From the NCBI RefSeq assembly GCF_001997385.1, contig NZ_CP019633.1, positions 1,140,001 to 1,172,000 on the forward strand: a stretch of DNA of 32,000 bases, written 5' to 3'. Positions within the stretch are counted from its first letter, which is position 1; every line of letters begins with the position of its first letter. The translations under genes and the position numbers were made by a program. Below the pieces are notes generated by a model. It was given only the letters and a program-made list of their open reading frames with translations, was not told the DNA's origin and did not search any database. This document shows positions 26,517 to 32,000 of this stretch, piece after piece. The stretch comes from Sedimentisphaera cyanobacteriorum. Lineage in GTDB: Bacteria > Planctomycetota > Phycisphaerae > Sedimentisphaerales > Sedimentisphaeraceae.

Positions 26517-29051
26517 TTGAAATTGATTGATTTGAGACATTGCATCTTTTTTATTTTTATCTGGCTTTATTTTGGCCTTTGCATAGATATTTCAGTGGGT
26601 GGTTATGCAGCCTTAGAAACACCTGATATCTCCAAAGATGGTAAAATCAACCTTATTGATCTGTCAATAATGGCCGAAAAGTGGCTCAGCCAAGACTGTT
26701 TTGAACCTGATTGGTGCCAAGGTACCGACATCAATCATTCCGGGGATGTCAGTTTTGCAGACATAGAATTTCTTGCAACCTATTGGGCGGGCAATGATTA
26801 TACCAAGGCAGTAATGGTTGGAAATACGCAGCGGAGATACTGGGTGCATTTGCCGCCTGAGTATGATTCGAATCAGCCAACTGCCGTTGTGGTTGCATTT
26901 CACGGAGGCGGCGGCAATCCTCAATCTATGATGACACTTAGCGGGCTCAATGAAAAGTCGGACGAGGAAGGATTCATTGTTGTCTATCCCTACGGAAGCG
27001 GTATTGATCCAAATCAATCTCTCAGTTTTAACGGTGGGAACTGTTGCTCGTATGCAATGCAAAATAACATTAATGACATTGCTTTTGTCGATGCGTTATT
27101 GGACGATCTTTCCGAAACAGTTAATGTTGACCCTAATCGTATATATGCCACAGGTTTTTCCAATGGCAGCATTATGACATACCTGGCAGCCTCGGAATTG
27201 TCTGAGCGGTTTGCAGCAGTAGCGCCAGTTGGGGGTCCAATGGGAACCGAAACTTGTAATCCATCACGTCCCGTGCCGATTATTCATTTTCACGGAACGT
27301 CAGATCAATTTGCTCCATTCAACGGTGGATATGGAACCAATCCAGTTGGTGGACCTGGAGTAACAGATTTCTATTCCGTGGATCATTCCATTCAGAACTG
27401 GGTTAGAACCAACGGCTGTGATCCAGATCCTGATGCAGTGCCTATGCCGAACATTGAAGACGATGGGACATTTGTTGTCCGCAAAACCTATTCTTCGGGG
27501 CTGCAAGGTTCCGAAGTGCTGTTATATGTTATTATGGGTGGCGGGCATACTTGGCCGGGCAGAGAACCTACTGTAAATTTTCTCGGTAAATCCACAAAAG
27601 ATATTTCGGCAAATGATTTGATGTGGGAGTTTTTTCAGAAGCACCCGAAGAAGCCATCGGCAGGAATGCCCTACTTACGAACTCCGGAATCCCGTTTTGA
27701 CAGTTTGCCTGGCTACGATTTCACTTCAAATTACTTCATGGTGGATGACTACGAAGGTGGCCAACTACGAATGCATTATATTGACGAAGGCCCAAAAGCA
27801 GCACCAACAATTCTGATGCTGCATGGCAATCCCACTTGGACCTATCAGTTCCGTGAAATTATTCCAATCCTCAACGAAGCCGGTTACCGCACTATTCTTG
27901 TTGACTATATCGGTATGGGGCGGTCCGACAAACCTACGGTGTTCGGCGATTATACGTACGACCGTCACGTAGGCTGGGTAAAGCAGATGTTTGATCACCT
28001 CGACAGTACGCTTAACCTGGGCCAGGTGGTCATCTTCGGACACGATTACGGTACGCCGATCGGCATCCGTTTAATGGCGGAGCATTACCCAAACCGTTTT
28101 GATGCTTTCATCGATGCCAACGCCAGCCTGCCCGAGGGTGACAACATTTCTCCAACACACCTCAACTGGCGTCAGTTCGTGCGTGAGAATCCTGATGTAC
28201 CAGTCGGGCACATCATATCCAGCCAGGTGAATCCGCCGCTGAGCCCGGAGGAGATCGCCGCATACGATGCCCCGTATCCAAACGTTACCTACAAAACGGC
28301 GATCCGCAGCTTTCCTGAGATGGTGCCCGAGACACCCGAGGAACCAGAGGCAGCGGCAAACATCGCAGCATGGACTTTCATGGAATCTTTCACAAGACCA
28401 TTTATGACTATATTTGGAAGCTATGATCTTGTCGGCGGGCCAAATGCCAGAAGAGAGTTCATTAAGCGAGTGCCAGGGGCATACGGACAGCCCCACCCTC
28501 AACTCGACGTTACCCACTATGCCCCTGAAGACAAACCAGAAGCCGTTGCCGAGGAGGTGATTCAGTTTCTGGATGATGTTTATCAACCGACCGCGTTCAC
28601 AAAACTGCATTATTCAGAATTTGAAGAAGATTTTGATGGATTTGCTGACGGAGGAGCCAATTGCTTTTATGATCCAATTAAAAAAGCCGTTAAATTAACA
28701 GGGAACAGCGGGATTGAATCCTCAACATGGCAAGTAAACAGCATGGACTTGACCGATAAAAACGCTGTAAAAATAGCATTTAGATATCTCCCATTTGATA
28801 TCAATGACACAGAGGAATTCATTGTCGAGTTTTGGAACGGATCAAACTGGATCGATGTTTTGAATCATACTGCTGGTGTAGATTTTCAAAACGGGGCTCA
28901 GGATTATGGTTTCGTAAGGATCGAAAACCATGAACAAACATTCACTTCAGATTCAAGGATAAGAATTAGATGTTGTTCCAGAAATGCTTCAGCGGGTATT
29001 TATTTATTAGATATTGGGATTTATGCGCGTGATTCAGTGGCAAATCAATAA
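26517..29051 (+). CDS. Secreted four-module fusion: dockerin-like repeat pair + PHB-depolymerase-family (LpqC-like) esterase + DhlA-like alpha/beta hydrolase + unknown beta-rich C-terminal domain
   Basis: 844 aa. TTG start with AGGAG 6 nt upstream, and a hydrophobic N-terminus. Two D-x-[NS]-x-[DS]-G-x-[IV]-x3-D loops lie at 26625-26795. Esterase blocks are VVAFHGGGGNP, GFIVVYPYGSG, FNGGNCC and RIYATGFSNGS (Ser215, 27159-27161). The DhlA-like blocks are MHYIDEG..PTILMLHGNPTWTYQFR, GMGRSDKP, FGHDYG (Asp510, 28044-28046), SYDLVGG and THYAPEDKPE (His667, 28515-28517). I did not recognise the last 150 aa or so. Confidence 0.8.
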   Translation: MKLIDLRHCIFFIFIWLYFGLCIDISVGGYAALETPDISKDGKINLIDLSIMAEKWLSQDCFEPDWCQGTDINHSGDVSFADIEFLATYWAGNDYTKAVMVGNTQRRYWVHLPPEYDSNQPTAVVVAFHGGGGNPQSMMTLSGLNEKSDEEGFIVVYPYGSGIDPNQSLSFNGGNCCSYAMQNNINDIAFVDALLDDLSETVNVDPNRIYATGFSNGSIMTYLAASELSERFAAVAPVGGPMGTETCNPSRPVPIIHFHGTSDQFAPFNGGYGTNPVGGPGVTDFYSVDHSIQNWVRTNGCDPDPDAVPMPNIEDDGTFVVRKTYSSGLQGSEVLLYVIMGGGHTWPGREPTVNFLGKSTKDISANDLMWEFFQKHPKKPSAGMPYLRTPESRFDSLPGYDFTSNYFMVDDYEGGQLRMHYIDEGPKAAPTILMLHGNPTWTYQFREIIPILNEAGYRTILVDYIGMGRSDKPTVFGDYTYDRHVGWVKQMFDHLDSTLNLGQVVIFGHDYGTPIGIRLMAEHYPNRFDAFIDANASLPEGDNISPTHLNWRQFVRENPDVPVGHIISSQVNPPLSPEEIAAYDAPYPNVTYKTAIRSFPEMVPETPEEPEAAANIAAWTFMESFTRPFMTIFGSYDLVGGPNARREFIKRVPGAYGQPHPQLDVTHYAPEDKPEAVAEEVIQFLDDVYQPTAFTKLHYSEFEEDFDGFADGGANCFYDPIKKAVKLTGNSGIESSTWQVNSMDLTDKNAVKIAFRYLPFDINDTEEFIVEFWNGSNWIDVLNHTAGVDFQNGAQDYGFVRIENHEQTFTSDSRIRIRCCSRNASAGIYLLDIGIYARDSVANQ

Positions 29052-29157
29052 ACTATGCTTGTCTATTTGATGCTTCCCGGGAGAAATATGAAGGGACATT
29101 TTACCAAGGAATTGATGTACGATACTCAAAAAGAGTAAAGTATTTTGGGAGAATATA

Positions 29158-31272
29158 ATGAAAATATTCAGAAATCTTTTATACACGAATTTCATTTTCT
29201 TTGCGATTGTATCGTCCGTACTCGGCAATCCACTAAATGAGGCGTTTAGTCGGATTGACAAAGACAATGACAAAACTTTATCAAAAAGTGAAATTAACCG
29301 TTTTCCTCAGCTCAGGCAGCGTCTTGAAGGGGCGGATACCAACGAAAACGGGCGCCTCACGCGTGAAGAGTTTGCCGCTTTTGTCCGGCGAAGCTACGAA
29401 AAGCAGCAGACCAGCACCTTCGACGGCGACGGGAAGATCACCCCGGATGAATCCCGCAACCGGCGATGGAAGCAACGTCGCCGGATCCGGCAGCCTGCGA
29501 CCATGAACGGTGCATTGCCAGAGAGCTCAGCCAACGTCGAGACCATCTTCCGACCTGCGTACATACATAAAGGTTCCCTGGCGCAAGCCTCCGCACTGGT
29601 GGATGTCTTCGGAAACGGGCACCCGGACATTCTCATCGCCTGTAAACGGCAGGTGCACTTGGTCAAAAACAACAGCACGGGCTCCTTTACCCACGCCAAG
29701 ACGTACGTCGTCGATAATGCGAACGGCTGGGGACTTCACGACTTCAATCTCGACGGGCAGCTGGACGCTTTCGTCGCCCAGCAGCAACGGGAACAGGATG
29801 ATGCGTGGATCAACAACAGCGAGGGCACATTCCAACGACGCGATCTCGGCAACGAGAGCCTCGGGAACGCACGCAGCATTCTTTTCGCCGATTTCGACGG
29901 CGACGGCTCGACCGACGCCTTTCACAGCGTCTCGTCGTTTCAGACGAATCACGCCGGATGCCAGCTGCATCCCGGCAAGACCGATGGTACGTTCGCTCCT
30001 GATATTATACGCCAGGTGCTCGCTCCTGACGTGCCGGGCTTCTGGTACGACAGCGTCACACACACCGAGCGAGGAAAGGAGCAGTGGGGCAACAAGATGA
30101 TAAAGGGCTCGATCGTTCGCGACTTCGACGGCGATGACAAGCCGGACCTCATAATGGCGGCTTATGCCGATCGTGGCTTTCAGGAAGGCGGGCGCGGCGG
30201 CATTGGGCAGCAATGGATCGATCAACAAGAGCGCGGCCTGTTCGTGCTGCATAACCGCTCGCAGCCGGGAAAGATCCGTTTCGCAGAGGTTGCTAAAAAA
30301 GCGGTTGGTTCTTGGGCGTACGGCAATACCAATAAAGACTGGAATTGTTATTCGGTCATCCCGCTGGATTACAACCGTGACGGCAGGCTCGACCTGTTTG
30401 TGGGCGCCGTAACCCGGCGAGCGGGGCTCGGACGGTTTGAAGATACACGCTCAGTTGCACTGCTGGAAAATGTCTCAAAGCCCGGTGAGATACGCTTTAT
30501 CGACCGAACGGAAGATAGCGGCTTCGGGCACTACAACGAGATGTACCCGGCTGAGCGTTGGCAGATCAGCTTTGCTTCCGGAGCCGCGTTCGACTACGAT
30601 AACGATGGCTGGGTGGATATGTGCTTGGTCAACCGTCGCGACAAAGATAAGACGCGCTGGCCGTATCCGCATTTGTTTCAAAACAGGGGCAAGGGAACGT
30701 TTGTTTCAGTGCCGCCGCACGAGCACGGCATCGGCGGCGGCGCCGGCGAGGTCTATCGCGGCAGCTACGACCCCAGGAGGCCCGGAGGGATCCGGTGGGA
30801 ATCGACACCGGAGTACGCAAACCCCGACTTCGATGACGGCCCTTTCAAACGCTGCCAGGGTTTTGCCGTGGCCAACGGCCGGCTCTACGCCTCCGTATCG
30901 CCGCGCTTGTTGGTACGTCGCGACGGTACCGAGCCCAAGTGGACTGAGGTCTTCCGATGGAAACCGGAACAGCGCGCTGGCGCCGGCTTGCGCGGAATCA
31001 CCGCCGTTGCCGCGCCCGACGGAACCCACGAGGTCATCCTCGGCTCCAGGGAACAGGAGGGCCGCATCCTCCGCATCGACCCGGAAGTCGGTTACAAGGT
31101 CACCGATGAACTGGACTCGCAGCAATTCCTCAAAGAGAAACTCGGCAGCTTCCGGGGCGGCAGGCTGGTAGCCTACAACCGTTTCATCCCGGGGACGCAT
31201 CCGGGTACCGGGAAACCGATCCACTTGGTCACCGTGGCGGGAATCAAGCCAAACGACATACGCGCCGCATGA
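29158..31272 (+). CDS. Secreted EF-hand + FG-GAP/VCBS-repeat (integrin-alpha-like beta-propeller) protein; ends at an in-frame TGA that may be secondary
   Basis: 704 aa with a signal-like N-terminus. EF-hand loops are DKDNDKTLSKSE, DTNENGRLTREE and DGDGKITPDE. There are six FG-GAP-type D-x-[DN]-x-D-G-x-x-D repeats (FNLDGQLDAF, FDGDGSTDAF, FDGDDKPDLI, YNRDGRLDLF, YDNDGWVDMC, etc.). Of the many overlapping high-GC ORFs, only this frame has recognisable motifs. Confidence 0.75.
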   Translation: MKIFRNLLYTNFIFFAIVSSVLGNPLNEAFSRIDKDNDKTLSKSEINRFPQLRQRLEGADTNENGRLTREEFAAFVRRSYEKQQTSTFDGDGKITPDESRNRRWKQRRRIRQPATMNGALPESSANVETIFRPAYIHKGSLAQASALVDVFGNGHPDILIACKRQVHLVKNNSTGSFTHAKTYVVDNANGWGLHDFNLDGQLDAFVAQQQREQDDAWINNSEGTFQRRDLGNESLGNARSILFADFDGDGSTDAFHSVSSFQTNHAGCQLHPGKTDGTFAPDIIRQVLAPDVPGFWYDSVTHTERGKEQWGNKMIKGSIVRDFDGDDKPDLIMAAYADRGFQEGGRGGIGQQWIDQQERGLFVLHNRSQPGKIRFAEVAKKAVGSWAYGNTNKDWNCYSVIPLDYNRDGRLDLFVGAVTRRAGLGRFEDTRSVALLENVSKPGEIRFIDRTEDSGFGHYNEMYPAERWQISFASGAAFDYDNDGWVDMCLVNRRDKDKTRWPYPHLFQNRGKGTFVSVPPHEHGIGGGAGEVYRGSYDPRRPGGIRWESTPEYANPDFDDGPFKRCQGFAVANGRLYASVSPRLLVRRDGTEPKWTEVFRWKPEQRAGAGLRGITAVAAPDGTHEVILGSREQEGRILRIDPEVGYKVTDELDSQQFLKEKLGSFRGGRLVAYNRFIPGTHPGTGKPIHLVTVAGIKPNDIRAA

Positions 31273-31484
31273 CTGCTGATACGGCACGCCGAGTCAAGCT
31301 ACGAGACTGTCCGCGTCTTCGATCCGAACCTCGATCCGCATCCGCTGCTCGTCTCGACTCGCACTCTCGAATTCGCCCCCTGGAATCCCCGCGAATTCTA
31401 CACCGGCGGCTACGACGGCGCTGCCAACGATCGCAAAAACCACAACACGGCATGGATCTACAAAGCATCATTAAGGAGAGGACA

Positions 31485-32000
31485 ATGAAAAAAACAACCC
31501 AGTTTATATTATGTATAGCTCTAACTGCTGCCGGCGCAGTACCGAAAGGGTCGGCGGATTCCAAGCAAATTGAACGAACCTTGACGGTCAATGGCCGCGA
31601 ACGGCGGTACCGCGTTTATGTTCCCGCCTCCGCACGAACAACAGAAGCGATCCCGGTCGTCATTGCCTTCCACGGTGGCGGCGGCAATCCGGACAGCATG
31701 ATCCGGCTCAGCGGGGTGAATGCCAAGTCGGACGAGGCCGGCTTCATCGTGGTGTATCCCTATGGCAGCGGCAGGAACCCGAAGCGGGGACTCACCTTCA
31801 ACGGCGGCGGGTGCTGCGGCTACGCGAAGCGGAAGAACGTCGACGACATCACCTTCGTGCGGGCAATACTCGATGACCTTAATGGGGTTGCCAGCGTCGA
31901 TTCCGAACGCATCTATGCCACGGGTATCTCCAACGGCGCAATCATGGCTTACTACGTGGCGTCCGAATTGTCGGACAGGATCGCAGCAATCGCACCGGTG
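31485..32000 (+). CDS. PHB-depolymerase-family (LpqC-like) esterase, N-terminal 172 codons (continues beyond the window)
   Basis: Not in the ORF track because no stop falls in the window. ATG at 31485 is preceded by AAGGAGAGG. It translates to MKKTTQFILCIALTAAGAVPKGSA...RRYRVYVP...VVIAFHGGGGNPDSM...GFIVVYPYGSG...FNGGGCCGYA...RIYATGISNGAIMAYYVASELSDRIAAIAPV. It is a clear paralog of the esterase module of the 844-aa protein. Confidence 0.8.
   Translation, partial: MKKTTQFILCIALTAAGAVPKGSADSKQIERTLTVNGRERRYRVYVPASARTTEAIPVVIAFHGGGGNPDSMIRLSGVNAKSDEAGFIVVYPYGSGRNPKRGLTFNGGGCCGYAKRKNVDDITFVRAILDDLNGVASVDSERIYATGISNGAIMAYYVASELSDRIAAIAPV

Noticed and set aside
31273-31330. Selenocysteine insertion at the in-frame TGA
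   Set aside because: Only a weak 5-bp stem with a G-U pair lies downstream, there is no recognisable bacterial SECIS-like apical loop, and this protein family is not a known selenoprotein. It is kept only as a remote alternative in the finding.
29394-31591. Multiple long ORFs on both strands (29510..30100, 29527..30252, 30437..31171, 30706..31287, 31244..31591)
   Set aside because: They are expected stop-free frames in DNA of about 60% GC or more. Their translations are Arg/Ala/Pro/Ser-rich with no motifs. Only the frame of 29158..31272 shows EF-hand and FG-GAP repeats.

Overview
This 32-kb window looks like it comes from a PVC-group bacterium, probably Planctomycetota/Phycisphaerae-like. 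That placement is an inference from the AtpD N-terminus (VIGSTFD type), a PEP-CTERM protein and large LamG/dockerin-like secreted proteins. Positions 1-17.7 kb are ordinary core genome at roughly 47% GC (hand counts). They hold a minus-strand operon (glyA, dimeric-dUTPase-like gene, degenerate Gfo/Idh/MocA-like gene, scpA, lipoprotein). On the plus strand are a TPR protein, an S9 peptidase, a REC-only response regulator, a deoxyinosine/UDG-family glycosylase, two tandem YkgJ Cys-cluster proteins and a complete F1Fo ATP synthase operon (atpI-like, B, E, F, H, A, G, D, C). Positions 17.7-32 kb are accessory. They hold a PEP-CTERM protein, two paralogous about 750-880 aa secreted beta-helix/LamG proteins with dockerin-like Cys tails, a UxaE-family epimerase and an AT-rich orphan secreted protein. 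They also hold an 844-aa four-module secreted hydrolase fusion, an EF-hand/FG-GAP protein and a second, truncated esterase paralog. Five observations stand out. (1) An inverted-repeat-bounded remnant of a GxxExxY/PD-(D/E)XK cassette sits in the atpA-atpG spacer. (2) GC steps from about 30% to about 60% inside one ORF, between two EF-hand loops, and stays high to the window end. (3) The hydrolase fusion is a domain-level GC mosaic. (4) An in-frame TGA in the FG-GAP gene is followed by a coding-like 71-codon extension that ends in an ATGA overlap with the next gene. (5) Two esterase paralogs share about 60% amino-acid identity but have very different codon composition. I found no CRISPR array, tRNA/rRNA gene, transposase, integrase or recognisable defence system. 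All homology calls come from reading the translations and from memory of family motifs; no searches were run.
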